64,000 nucleotides of DNA from Candidatus Bathyarchaeota archaeon (GTDB taxonomy: Archaea; Thermoproteota; Bathyarchaeia; Bathyarchaeales; Bathycorpusculaceae), in assembly GCA_963767735.1 (NCBI GenBank), contig CAVYES010000006.1, forward strand, positions 416,001 through 480,000, written 5' to 3'. Positions 51,801 to 62,298 of this stretch are shown here, one piece after another. The notes beneath the pieces were generated by a model, which saw only the letters and a list, made by a program, of their open reading frames with translations, made no database searches and had not been told where the DNA came from. The translations under genes were made by a program, and so were the position numbers. Position 1 is the first letter of the stretch. The number at the start of each line of letters is the position of its first letter.

Positions 51801-52118
51801 ATGCCCGAATATTTAGTCTTGCTTAAGCTCAACCCCGCCAAATTAATGGAAACCTTAGGCGCAATAAGAAATATGGATGCTCAACCTGTTTCAGGAGTAG
51901 ACCTTCTATACAGCATGAACATTTTTGGTTCGTGGGACGTAGGCATGTGGATAGACGCTGAAGAAAGCGGCAAAGCTGTTGATTTTGTCCAGAAAAAAAT
52001 GAAGGGGCTCAACGGTGTCACCGAAGTATATACCTTACCAACATTCCCGCATGCAAACGGAATCAAAAATGGAAATGGAAAAATCTCTGAAGAGCAAAAG
52101 CACCCTTTAGAAACCTAA
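51801..52118 (+). CDS. Ferredoxin-fold protein (Lrp/AsnC ligand-binding or GYD-like), no HTH
   Basis: IFGSWDV...GVTEVYTLP; GGAGGT SD. Confidence 0.65.
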   Translation: MPEYLVLLKLNPAKLMETLGAIRNMDAQPVSGVDLLYSMNIFGSWDVGMWIDAEESGKAVDFVQKKMKGLNGVTEVYTLPTFPHANGIKNGNGKISEEQKHPLET

Positions 52119-52338
52119 AGAAAAAAAATTCTAAGGTTAAACGGGTTCTGTAGCTTTCACCAGCTCAAAAACTTCCCAGCTTTTTTAGTTTTTCATTATC
52201 ACAGATAAAACTTTGCTTAACTATAGCTTCTTTACTTCCATTTAGCGGCGAAACAGTAGTTTAAAGCTTAAGATGCAATTTAGAGTTCCGATTCATAAAA
52301 GCTAAATTTAAATTGGCGAAAAATAAGACAAAGAACAA

Positions 52339-53478
52339 GTGAAAGTAATGGAAAATATCGAAACCTTACCTCAGAAAGTAGTTGACAGAAGAACTGCTAT
52401 TCTAAAATCTCGCTTGGACCCTAATACAGCGAGGCTTATTGGAGAGGACCAAAAAACCAATCTTTTCCAGAAGTTTGGCTTTCTGAAGCCCAGATCCGAC
52501 GACATTTCACTTGTAGGTTTCACTAAATACTATGAATCATACATTGTCATCGGCGGAAAATACTCAATAGATTACTGCAAGAAACATGTATTTGAGATTA
52601 AAGCTGACAATCAAATGAAAAACATTTTCCTCGGCGGCCAAGAGTTCAAATTCGAACCCTTAACCCCGGGAAAGCCCTCTAGATTGCTGAAGCTTGTAGG
52701 TGAGGAGCATTCTCATTATGAAAATGAAACTTATTTCATACTGGATAGACTAATGAGAGAAGCCAAACCAGAAAAAGTGCCATTAGCCCCTTTTGAAAAT
52801 GAAATGGAAAATCCTGATAATTTTGATGCAGATTTTAGAAAAGCCCGGATCTCTTTGGAAGAAGAAATAAATTTTCTTAGGTCCAAGATAGTGAAACGAC
52901 CTTCAGATGCGGACGCGATTATTAAAGAAATTTTTGAAATCACCGAACGCTTAACGATTTACAAACCGAATTATGAGCTTTCTTTCCAAAATGTTAAGAA
53001 CGCAAAAGAAGTTACAGTTTATATTGATGGTATCACTGGTAAACTAACAATAGCTAAATTTACTAAAGTATCAGAAAAAGTTGGGTCAACCGAAAATGCG
53101 GACCCAAAAAATTTTCCGAAAATAAATGCACAAATTTTTCAAGAAAACCCGAAAAAAGAAACTTTAATTGACCCATCAATTTCAAATGAACCTTTAAACG
53201 ATTCGAGTCAAAATAAAACCTTGGAAAAAGTAACAAGTGCAACACCTATTTCTGAAGCAGAATCAAAGTTTGATATAGAAAATGCGATCACTTTGGCGTC
53301 TGATTCTTTGAGGCATTTAGGTCTTAAAAATAAGATAAAACCATTAAAAGTGTCCTTAGACGGTGAATTGTATGTAGTGGAGCTAAGTCTCCAAAACAAA
53401 ACAGCCAAAGTGTTAGTCAACGCTAAAACGAAGGAAGTTAAAGAATATGAAATTCAAGATTTAACCTCTAACTACTAA
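52339..53478 (+). CDS. Hypothetical protein with PepSY-like segments
   Basis: 379-aa ORF with VYIDGITGK and VLVNAKTKEV hairpin motifs. Confidence 0.65.
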   Translation: MKVMENIETLPQKVVDRRTAILKSRLDPNTARLIGEDQKTNLFQKFGFLKPRSDDISLVGFTKYYESYIVIGGKYSIDYCKKHVFEIKADNQMKNIFLGGQEFKFEPLTPGKPSRLLKLVGEEHSHYENETYFILDRLMREAKPEKVPLAPFENEMENPDNFDADFRKARISLEEEINFLRSKIVKRPSDADAIIKEIFEITERLTIYKPNYELSFQNVKNAKEVTVYIDGITGKLTIAKFTKVSEKVGSTENADPKNFPKINAQIFQENPKKETLIDPSISNEPLNDSSQNKTLEKVTSATPISEAESKFDIENAITLASDSLRHLGLKNKIKPLKVSLDGELYVVELSLQNKTAKVLVNAKTKEVKEYEIQDLTSNY

Positions 53479-53709
53479 TCTTTCAGATTCGGCTTTTCGA
53501 GAAAAAGGGTGTCGGAACAGTAGCATCTAAAAAACCTAGAATGTTTATTTCGGCAATTAATTTATGGAGCTTGTAACCTTTCTAATAGCCAAACGTGACA
53601 ATTTTTTCCAAAAAGTCCCCAAAAAGATTAAAAAATCAAAACTTGCTTTGAAATTCATAAATGTTATTAGTTTGTCAAATATTCTCCTTTTAGAGCCTGA
53701 GGAGTTATT

Positions 53710-54117
53710 GTGGGCTATCAAACTGATTGTTTAGAATCTAAACAGAAGCGAAAAGAAGCTGTTAGCGTCTTTAGGGAATTATGGTCCGCTGGGAATTCCC
53801 CTTTGCACCGAATGTATTCTTCTTGGGAGGAGCTTGAAAGAAACATTGAGGTGAAATCAGATGACGAAGCCACCATGAAGAAACCTAAGATACGGTCATG
53901 CCCGCATTGTGGTGTTAAGCAAGCCATAACCAAGCCGCTAGACGGAATTTTTCCGTATCTGAATTGTGAATCATGTAAGCGTCCTTTTTTCATTGAGAAT
54001 AATTTGTCTGTTCGAAAACTCACTGAAGAAGAGGAACTGGAAATTCCTGAAGCATGGATTCGAATAGTTGAAGATTTAACCAAAAAGAAAGTTGCAGTAG
54101 TTTTAAAATTTGAATAG
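53710..54117 (+). CDS. Zn-ribbon protein
   Basis: CPHC...CESC; start uncertain. Confidence 0.6.
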   Translation: MGYQTDCLESKQKRKEAVSVFRELWSAGNSPLHRMYSSWEELERNIEVKSDDEATMKKPKIRSCPHCGVKQAITKPLDGIFPYLNCESCKRPFFIENNLSVRKLTEEEELEIPEAWIRIVEDLTKKKVAVVLKFE

Positions 54118-54207
54118 TACAGAAGAGATTTTGAATCCGTATCTATAACAAATAAACGTTATATATTTAGGAAAAAGTTGTGAAGTGGACAATGCTGGGC
54201 GAGAAAA

Positions 54208-54666
54208 ATGCACAACACTCAAAGGCGTAACCAAAGCACAGTACCTAGATTGGGTGAAGAGTCATTCAGTGTTGAAATAACCGTTGACACTGATATTTCC
54301 TTTTATAAAGTGCTGATGGAAGCCGTTGAAGAAGCTTTTTCTTCTTTGGGTGAACCCGTAGCAGAGAAAATTTTCTGCACTTTGGAAAAAAGTTTTGGAC
54401 TCAAACGGAGTGAGATTCCATTTAGGATTGAAGCCTTTTCGGATGCGATCGAGAAAATTTTCGGTCTTGGCGCTATGCCCTTGGAGATTTCGGTAATAAA
54501 ACAGCTCCACAAAAAGGCTGCCACTGAATACATGTGGGAGGCTCCCCAATGGGTTGTCCAGGAATTAACGTTTAGAGAATACGTCAACATGGTTAAACAA
54601 AACTTTGAACAATCCAGTAGAAAACTCGAGTTATCAAAGAGTGGACTCAAAGAACAACCAACCTGA
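54208..54666 (+). CDS. DUF3227/NitrOD5-like helical protein
   Basis: EAVEEAFSSLGE...EIPFRIEAFSDAIEKIFGLGA..LE pattern (family named from recall). Confidence 0.65.
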   Translation: MHNTQRRNQSTVPRLGEESFSVEITVDTDISFYKVLMEAVEEAFSSLGEPVAEKIFCTLEKSFGLKRSEIPFRIEAFSDAIEKIFGLGAMPLEISVIKQLHKKAATEYMWEAPQWVVQELTFREYVNMVKQNFEQSSRKLELSKSGLKEQPT

Positions 54667-54848
54667 AAACAAAATCGTTATTTCTCCGCGCTTTACTGAT
54701 AATTACGAAGCGGGCTTTAAATTGCCTAGCGAATAAATTGAGGCGACTGGGGTTGACTTTTCAGCAAGTTTACAACTCTAACAGTCCGCTTTGCGGCTGG
54801 TTGTGCGTTGTCGGTTGGTGGCTGGATCAATTTAATTAGTTACAAGTT

Positions 54849-55538
54849 TTATGTACCAGGCGTTTTTTTCAAACGGGTGGCGAGGTAAGTGGACACGACG
54901 GCCAACCAAAGAAGGACGGACCCAAGAAAAAGCCGTTCAGTAAGCCCACCTACGTGTGCATTTAGATGAGGCAATAAGAAGGGCAATCCGAACTCGATAA
55001 TCCACAAGACAATGACAATTATTGATAGCGGCAGCGCGGTGCGCTTCAAGTCTCCAAACTCTCGATTTTGCGTTAGTTTCAGTGAGATGGCAACTATTCC
55101 GAACGCTCCGCCGATAAAGGCGATAATCGCGACAGCAAGATGAATCGCTCCATGCCACGATATAGGTGTTGATGGTACGTCAGTTGGAAATATTGCAAGA
55201 AGAAATGCTCCAACCGCCCATGCGCCGAGCAAGTACGTGCCCGTTCGAAATTGAGATCGGGCAACTCCCGCATAGTCCAATGTTCGAAGGAAAGCAAAAA
55301 TGAACAGGAGTGAAAGGAGGCCGCGGTTGAGGAAGTTTATGGTCATGATGAACCCGAACTTGCCTACGGCTAGGTCGCTTTCCGCTTGGCTGATTGGGCT
55401 GTAATGTGGCGGCAAAAGTTGAGCTATCACGTCGAGAACCACGTATAGAGCTATCCCTAAGATGACTATCCAGAAAAGCTTCGCGGAACCCGATTTCTTG
55501 ACTTTATCCATTACTAGAACCGTTAACTTGAAAAGCAA
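54849..55538 (-). CDS. DUF998 family membrane protein
   Basis: YSPISQAESDL, FPTD, HGAIH and GLTER motifs; about 6 TM segments. Confidence 0.8.
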   Translation of the reverse strand: MLFKLTVLVMDKVKKSGSAKLFWIVILGIALYVVLDVIAQLLPPHYSPISQAESDLAVGKFGFIMTINFLNRGLLSLLFIFAFLRTLDYAGVARSQFRTGTYLLGAWAVGAFLLAIFPTDVPSTPISWHGAIHLAVAIIAFIGGAFGIVAISLKLTQNREFGDLKRTALPLSIIVIVLWIIEFGLPFLLPHLNAHVGGLTERLFLGSVLLWLAVVSTYLATRLKKTPGT

Positions 55539-55632
55539 TTAAACTTATTGCTCTTCCCTTCCAGCCTCTTTTGCTCTTTCTCTTGAATGCTTTAACGTTT
55601 CAAAGGAAGCAGATGTTTCTCGCTTGTTTCTT

Positions 55633-56094
55633 TTAGTCTATCGGTTTTGACCATCCGCCATTGCTGAACCTTGCCAGGCAACCGAAAGGAAGTGATAACA
55701 GTAAATCGATTATGGCTATGGTTGGCAGAAATGGTAAGCTGAAGGTTATCTGTAATACAAGATTGAGGGTTGAGAAAGCGAGCAGTAGGAAAATTCCGTT
55801 TAGCCAGAAGCCCACTTGCCAGCCTCTGGTTTTGTGCAGGCTGTTAATCACCGCTATGTTGGTGACGCCTAGTATTAACGGTTGAACAAAATATGTGATG
55901 GCTATTAAAAACGCAAAGCCTATGGGAGGCATATAATCCATAAAAGAACCCTGTACATCGTTGAGCAAAACTTGAATAACAATTAAAATGACAACTATTA
56001 TTAAGCCTTGAAATAGCAGTTTTTCAATTAAGTGCAAATGTCTGAAGTGGTTGATCATTTTATTGTTACTTAGCGTTTTGTGCAATCCAGTCAC
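55633..56094 (-). CDS. Hypothetical four-TM membrane protein
   Basis: Hydrophobic helices; co-oriented and overlapping with the glycoside hydrolase gene. Confidence 0.6.
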   Translation of the reverse strand: MTGLHKTLSNNKMINHFRHLHLIEKLLFQGLIIVVILIVIQVLLNDVQGSFMDYMPPIGFAFLIAITYFVQPLILGVTNIAVINSLHKTRGWQVGFWLNGIFLLLAFSTLNLVLQITFSLPFLPTIAIIDLLLSLPFGCLARFSNGGWSKPID

Positions 56095-56995
56095 CTACCG
56101 CCGTTTCTGTTGATGTACCCCGAATTCCATAATTATCATATTCACTATTCCAGTACACGATCCAGCAGCCTTTAAGCCCCATGCTCTTGAAAAGGTTAAG
56201 CCCGCTGATGATGTAGTTGGTTTGCGCGGCGCTGTCGTTTGTTGACATGCCAAACTCAGTTATTACCACGTTTTTGTGAGTTATCGCATGCAGGGTTTGA
56301 ATAAACAGCGGAGATAAAGTGAGGAAGGAATTCATATAAACGTCTAATCCGACGAAATTGAGTTTTTGGCTAAGATCAATCGGAATGTTCGTTCTCAGGA
56401 CGTAACCGATTCCAAAGTTTGTGTACAGTTGCGCTGAAAGGTGATGAGATTCAACAGCTGCATACAGAGTGTTAAAGGTAGACATAATTTCGTCGTCTGT
56501 AAACAATGCGCCGACATCCCAGCTGGAAGATGTTTCAGGCTCATTCATGATTTGGATGTACGTCAAGTTGCCGCCCCAGCGGTCAAGGTAATAATTAACA
56601 TCGTAAACAGTCTCATCGTTTGGAATTACAAGAGCAACAGCTAACCTGTAATGGCTGGATGCCGAGAAAAGCATGTCCGTCTTCTGATTTATCAAATCAT
56701 TATACTCAAGCGGGTTGCACTGAAAATTTATGCGCATAACTTTGAAACCTAAATCATAGATCTGTGCAACCTGCCCATAAATTTCGCTCAGGTTATCCTG
56801 CTCGTAAACGTAATGTATGCCCACTTGGAAATTTGAATTTGGGTCTCTTTGGGCTGAGGAATAATAGTTGTATGGGTAGAAAATTTGGATAAAGAAAAAC
56901 ATAACACATAGCGTGATAACAATGAGATTTTTCACCAAGCTCTTGTTCGTAAACCTAACTAAACCCTGCCATAGGTTTGAGGCAAGCTTGCTCAT
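56066..56995 (-). CDS. Membrane-anchored clan GH-A glycoside hydrolase-like TIM barrel
   Basis: N-terminal TM, GFKVMR, MNEPE (acid/base) and ITEFG (nucleophile). Confidence 0.7.
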   Translation of the reverse strand: MSKLASNLWQGLVRFTNKSLVKNLIVITLCVMFFFIQIFYPYNYYSSAQRDPNSNFQVGIHYVYEQDNLSEIYGQVAQIYDLGFKVMRINFQCNPLEYNDLINQKTDMLFSASSHYRLAVALVIPNDETVYDVNYYLDRWGGNLTYIQIMNEPETSSSWDVGALFTDDEIMSTFNTLYAAVESHHLSAQLYTNFGIGYVLRTNIPIDLSQKLNFVGLDVYMNSFLTLSPLFIQTLHAITHKNVVITEFGMSTNDSAAQTNYIISGLNLFKSMGLKGCWIVYWNSEYDNYGIRGTSTETAVGDWIAQNAK

Positions 56996-57434
56996 AACCT
57001 ATTGTGTAGGGGTATTACGCTTTTATATTTTGGTGAAACTTAGGAAAGTGGTTTCTGAGAATAACACGCCAATTAAGATATCGGGTACTTTCACAACTCC
57101 GTATATACTTTAACGGTCTGAAAATGCCAACAGAAATAGCTCTTGAAATTCTATATGCTAATACCTCTTTTCCGATTAAGGGGAATCCTGCCTATACGCT
57201 TAGATTTAGCTGGAAATGTACGCATTGCGGAGAAATGAATCAAGATGACACTGCAACAGAGTGCAGCCATAGTAAATCTAAACGAATAATGTAAGTTTTT
57301 TCTTAGTCACGGGAAATACTAACTATTCACCTTTTCCCTTCAACACTTTTTTATTAATTGGTTTAAGTTTCATTGATGATAAGTCTTAAACAAAATTTAT
57401 ATTTTCTCCTCCTTAGAATGTATTGGGCTTCAAA

Positions 57435-57716
57435 ATGACTGAGAAAGAAATTAGTAAAATAGAAAAAGGTAAGAGAGATATTGAAACAATAAAGGCAGAA
57501 GTTACTGCAAAGTTGGAAGGAATGAAATTGGCCGCTCTGAGTCCAAATGAAAAAGACTTGGTAATAATTCTTGAATCTTTAGTTAGTGGTTTTTTAACTA
57601 TCGGAGAAGGCTTGCTTTCATCCAAAGAAGAACAACTTAGACTAACTCAAAGCTTAAACAGTTTAGAAACAAGAATCAAAACCTTAGAGCAAGAAATTAT
57701 AGCCCTAAAAAAATAG
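57435..57716 (+). CDS. Small coiled-coil hypothetical protein
   Basis: AT-rich ORF with a heptad C-terminus, LNSLETRIKTLEQEIIALKK. Confidence 0.55.
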   Translation: MTEKEISKIEKGKRDIETIKAEVTAKLEGMKLAALSPNEKDLVIILESLVSGFLTIGEGLLSSKEEQLRLTQSLNSLETRIKTLEQEIIALKK

Positions 57717-57798
57717 CTTGAACAATTAACCAAAGCCGATAGGTAGTCAATAGTAGCTAAGTTTTCATAAAGATAAGTCTTAAATCTGCATGGTGTAG

Positions 57799-57945
57799 TT
57801 AAGCTCCTTCTTCAGCAACTTTATCTTTAGCAAGCAAGAATTCGACATATTCTCTTATTGTGCGGTTGGCTTCTTCAGCTCTTATTTTGACCTCTTGGTG
57901 AACTTGGTCGGTGACTGTAATAGTTTTGAATCCTTTACGTGGCAA
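57799..57945 (-). CDS. Small RHH DNA-binding protein (48 aa)
   Basis: GGAGCTGA SD and TTG start: MPRKGFKTITVTDQVHQEVKIRAEEANRTIREYVEFLL...; not in the ORF track. Confidence 0.7.
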   Translation of the reverse strand: MPRKGFKTITVTDQVHQEVKIRAEEANRTIREYVEFLLAKDKVAEEGA

Positions 57946-58082
57946 AAACTATCAGCTCCCAAAAGTAGGGTTACCGTACAATCAATATATAATTAATGGT
58001 GACACACAATGTTGTAACAAAGACATATGGTGAAACCTTAAATGAACATGCGTACGCTAACTAATTTGGAGAGGTAAACAAA

Positions 58083-58286
58083 ACGCCGAAGAAAGGCTAC
58101 AAAAGCATCACCGTAAAAGCTGAAGTTTACGATTACTTTTTTAACGAGTGGTTGAAGGTCAAAGAGGAATACGCAATTAAAAAAGGCAATAACAGCTTCT
58201 CAGCATACATTACCTACCTCTTAACTCAGCTGATGAACGAAGAAAAGAAATGTACAGCAAAAAATAAACTTGGACAGAATTCATAG
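58083..58286 (+). pseudogene. RHH-like protein with an ACG start
   Basis: GGAGAGGT SD, then ACG-PKKGYKSITVKAEVYDYF...SFSAYITYLL; no in-frame canonical start. Confidence 0.6.
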
Positions 58287-58624
58287 ACATTAAACGATTA
58301 TGGCTATTTCCGAGAGCATTCAAGGGTTAAGATGATCTTACTAAAATTACTAAGACGATTTAAGGCTTAACACTATACCTACCAACGAAATTTTACTAAA
58401 TGTTTCAAGCGATCTTAAGGCACGGTCTCGGTAAAATCAAAGTTTCTTTATAGTAAAAGTTTAAGTTCTATTTGGAACAAATGTGTTCTTTAGAAGGTCT
58501 TTAGGATGTACTTTAAGAAAGTGCGGGAGAAACCTTTTCACGTATCAATTTATTAAACTAAATAATAAAATTCTCTCTAAAAAAGCTATAACTTACATTT
58601 TAAGAATCAATAGCCCCCAAACCA

Positions 58625-60172
58625 GTGTTTAGTATGAAACGCCTCGCTTGCATTATTCTGATCGTAACAATTCTTGTTAGCGGGCTATTTTTTGTTGAAA
58701 CCGCTTATGCACAAATTCCTGCTGGCATAACAATTTCCAGCAACGAGGAATGGACAATATCGCAAAGCCCAGTAAATTTTAACGGAACTGTAACTGTGGC
58801 CAGTGGTGTGACTTTAACGATTGATCCAGGTGTAACTGTCAACTTAGGAATGTACTCTTTGCTTGTATATGGTACGTTAATTGCCCAAGGTAACTCTAGT
58901 AGCCAAATTGTATTTGCTGCCACCGTTAACGTTAACTCGGGTAACCTGACCTTGCAAAATAATCTGGTTGTGCCGATTATTTTTTCATCTTTGAACGCCG
59001 TGACTAGTTCGGGGTCAATTATTCAAAACGCGATTTTAGATGGAGTATATCTTGCGATAGATGGTGCATCGCCCGAAATAGACAACTGCCTTTTTAATTT
59101 TGCCACAGGAGTCTCGCCGATTAGCATAAATGGCGGTTCACCCGTAATCTCCAACAATACCATAAATTTCAATGCCCAAAGTATTCAAGGTTTTGGCGGT
59201 GGCGTCGACGGCATTAACGTATTCGGCGGATCCCCGCTAATAGCCAGCAACCAGTTTGAAGGAGACTTCTTGGGCTACAGCAACATAGGAATCTATGTGA
59301 GTTCGGAAGTTTCAGGAACTCCAATAATAAATAATAATTCATTCGTAGCACAGTACGGCAATAACAGCGAAGGCATAAGCGTCGTCTCAGGCAGTCCACA
59401 GATAACTAACAATCAGTTTGAAGGCGGCGGATACCTCAATGGCATTATTGACTCGTCGTCTTCTTACATCACCATTTCAAACAATACGTTCTCAAACTGT
59501 TTATCAGGCATCACAGCGCAAGCTCAAAGCACATTGACGGTTCAAGGCAACTTCTTTTTGAGAGGAACAGATGGTATAGACATTATATCGGGAGCAGCAT
59601 CATTAACAATCACTGATAACCTGATCGATAGCAACTCTCGGTACGGAATCAACGGGGGCGGAAGCATAACTTCCAACACTATCAGCAACAACCAAATAGG
59701 AATACATAATCCCCCATCAGGTGTAATCAGCTACAATAACATCGTCGGCAACTCCATAAACAGCGTTACCGCCACCGTTGATAATATTGATGCGGCGAAC
59801 AATTGGTGGGGAATAACCGACACCGCAACAATCAACCGAACAATCTATGACTCAAAAGTCGATTGTCACCTCGGAACAGTCACGTTTACTCCATTCTTAA
59901 CCCAACCGAGCACCTCCGCACCAACCATCCCGAGTTATACGCCCACTATTACTCCTGTTCCATCACCAGTGCCACCCTCAACGCTAACCGACGAACCTGT
60001 ATTAGCGCCAACGTCAACGTCAGATCAAGATTCGCCATCATTCGTAAATCAAGTGGGCACGTTGCTGAACTTGAACGTAATCACAACCGTCACTGCAATT
60101 GTATTGGTCATAGTATGGATGATTGTAATATTAGGGTACGCGGCGAAAAGAGGCATCTCGAAATACAGATAA
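58625..60172 (+). CDS. Surface protein with a right-handed parallel beta-helix and C-terminal TM anchor
   Basis: Signal peptide, GVTLTIDPGVTV, SPxIxNNxF repeats, DAANNWWG, a P/T linker and a TM segment. Confidence 0.8.
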   Translation: MFSMKRLACIILIVTILVSGLFFVETAYAQIPAGITISSNEEWTISQSPVNFNGTVTVASGVTLTIDPGVTVNLGMYSLLVYGTLIAQGNSSSQIVFAATVNVNSGNLTLQNNLVVPIIFSSLNAVTSSGSIIQNAILDGVYLAIDGASPEIDNCLFNFATGVSPISINGGSPVISNNTINFNAQSIQGFGGGVDGINVFGGSPLIASNQFEGDFLGYSNIGIYVSSEVSGTPIINNNSFVAQYGNNSEGISVVSGSPQITNNQFEGGGYLNGIIDSSSSYITISNNTFSNCLSGITAQAQSTLTVQGNFFLRGTDGIDIISGAASLTITDNLIDSNSRYGINGGGSITSNTISNNQIGIHNPPSGVISYNNIVGNSINSVTATVDNIDAANNWWGITDTATINRTIYDSKVDCHLGTVTFTPFLTQPSTSAPTIPSYTPTITPVPSPVPPSTLTDEPVLAPTSTSDQDSPSFVNQVGTLLNLNVITTVTAIVLVIVWMIVILGYAAKRGISKYR

Positions 60173-60395
60173 GAATTTTAAAAGCTGGGTTTCACGAGCA
60201 TCTTCAAGGGCGAATCAAAAGGTGTTTCTTCGTATTCTATTTTTATTGAAGCTATTTGGCTATCAGGTTCCCCGTAAACAATTTTATCTAAGAGTTTAAA
60301 TCAATACTCCTTTCCCCGTTACAGTAAGAAGTTTTTTCAGCCTCGTAATGCTTTTCAATGAGTGCCAAAATATCATATGTAAAGGTGCAGGAAAA

Positions 60396-61199
60396 TTGAA
60401 CGAGGCGAAACCAGTAATCCTTAAAATCGGCGGTTCAGCCATCACTGACAAAACAGGGGAACTAGCCGCAAAAACTGAAATCATAAATCGCTTAGCGGAG
60501 GAAATCAAACGGGCGGATCTTGATAACTTGATTATCGTGCATGGCGGCGGAAGCTTTGGTCACCCGACCGCTGCGAAGTACGGCATAAAAGACGGCTACA
60601 AAGAAGACCCGACGCAAAAACTCGGCTTCGCTGAAACCCACCACGTCATGACAGTGCTCAACGGGCTAGTCATGGACGCGCTTATTTGGCATGAAATTCC
60701 CGCCATAAGCATTGCACCATCATCCTGTATCATAACAGAAAACGGCAAAATCAAATTTTTCGACGAAACCGTGCTTAAATCAATGGAGAAAATGTTGTTT
60801 AAGCCCGTCATGTACGGCGATGCAGTTTTAGACGATAAATTAGGCTTCACAATTCTCTCAGGCGACCAGTTGGTTGCTTACTTAGCCATCAAGTACAAAG
60901 CTTCAAAAATCGTAGTAGGCGTTGACACAGACGGCTTGTTTGACTGTGACCCGAAAACTAACCCCAACGCCAAACCATACAAGCACTTAACGTTGGCTGA
61001 ACTCAAGCAGATTCAACCTAAAATAGGCAAAGCAGCAGGCGCGGACGTCACAGGCGGCATGGCGGGAAAAATAGCGGAGCTGATCCCAGCCATCGAGCAG
61101 GGCGTGCGCGTTACTGTCACAGGTGCTACAAAAGGCTTATCCATTTACAGGGCACTAACCGACCAAAGCGTCATGGGCACTGAAATCGAGAAGGCGTAA
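60396..61199 (+). CDS. ipk: Isopentenyl phosphate kinase
   Basis: LKIGGSAITDK, VHGGGSFGH, LSGD and DVTGGMAGK. Confidence 0.92.
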   Translation: MNEAKPVILKIGGSAITDKTGELAAKTEIINRLAEEIKRADLDNLIIVHGGGSFGHPTAAKYGIKDGYKEDPTQKLGFAETHHVMTVLNGLVMDALIWHEIPAISIAPSSCIITENGKIKFFDETVLKSMEKMLFKPVMYGDAVLDDKLGFTILSGDQLVAYLAIKYKASKIVVGVDTDGLFDCDPKTNPNAKPYKHLTLAELKQIQPKIGKAAGADVTGGMAGKIAELIPAIEQGVRVTVTGATKGLSIYRALTDQSVMGTEIEKA

Positions 61200-61200
61200 C

Positions 61201-62298
61201 ATGACTGAAACCGAGAAGCGAAAAGCAGAACACATAAAAATCCTCTTGGAACAAAAAGCCCAAGCCAAAAAAGCCACTACAGGCTTCGAAGACATCCAGC
61301 TGGTCCACCGAGCACTGCCCGAAGTTGACCGACAAAAAATCAACATATCAGCCTCTTTCTTAGGCAAAAAATTGTCAGCACCACTGATTGTCGGTGCTAT
61401 GACTGGCGGAACGGAAGAAGCAACAAAAATAAACGCTTCAATAGCCGAAGCCGTGGAAAAACTTGGTTTAGGTATGGGTGTGGGAAGCCAAAGAGCAGCT
61501 ATCGAAGACCCAAAACTCGAAAAAACCTACAAGATAGCACGCAAAAAAGCGCCAAATGCCTTCTTAATCGCCAACATAGGCGGAGTACAGCTTGTCCACG
61601 GATACGGCTTGAAAGAAGTCAAGAAAGCCGTGGAAATGATAGATGCTGACGCATTGGCCGTTCATTTGAACGCGGTGCAGGAAGCACTTCAACCTGAAGG
61701 ACAAACCAACTTCAAAGGCGTCTTAGCTAAAATCGGCGAAATTGCGGGTGAACTTGACAAACCTGTAATTGTTAAAGAGACCGGCTGCGGGGTTTCAGCG
61801 GAAGATGCTAAAGCGCTTGAAGCTGCAGGAGTAAAAGCCATCGATGTCGGCGGTGTCGGCGGAACAAGTTTTGCAGCGGTTGAATATTACCGTTCAACAA
61901 GCCCAAACAACTTGGGCGAAGTATTCTGGGACTGGGGTATTCCAACAGCCGTAAGCCTAATCGAAACGACTCAGACCGTGAAGATTCCGGTGATTGCTTC
62001 AGGCGGAGTCCGAAGCGGTTTAGACATCGCTAAAGCCGTAGCGTTAAACGCAAATTTAGCCAGTACTTCTCAGCCCGTTCTTGAAGCCGCAGTTAAAGGG
62101 GCAAAGAAAACTGAGAAATTGCTTTCTTGTTTAATCGATGAGTTGTGCAATGTTATGTTTCTTGTGGGCGCTGAGAACCTTGAATCCTTAGCAAAAGTGC
62201 CTGCGGTGATTATTGGAAGAACTGCAGAGTGGCTAAACATCCGAGGTTTCGACACAGTGAAGTATGCGCAGAGGAGCACGTTAACGTTTGAATATTGA
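61201..62298 (+). CDS. fni: Type 2 isopentenyl-diphosphate isomerase
   Basis: RKAEHI, MTGG, GVGSQR, HLNAVQE, KETGCG, GGTS and WDWG. Confidence 0.95.
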   Translation: MTETEKRKAEHIKILLEQKAQAKKATTGFEDIQLVHRALPEVDRQKINISASFLGKKLSAPLIVGAMTGGTEEATKINASIAEAVEKLGLGMGVGSQRAAIEDPKLEKTYKIARKKAPNAFLIANIGGVQLVHGYGLKEVKKAVEMIDADALAVHLNAVQEALQPEGQTNFKGVLAKIGEIAGELDKPVIVKETGCGVSAEDAKALEAAGVKAIDVGGVGGTSFAAVEYYRSTSPNNLGEVFWDWGIPTAVSLIETTQTVKIPVIASGGVRSGLDIAKAVALNANLASTSQPVLEAAVKGAKKTEKLLSCLIDELCNVMFLVGAENLESLAKVPAVIIGRTAEWLNIRGFDTVKYAQRSTLTFEY

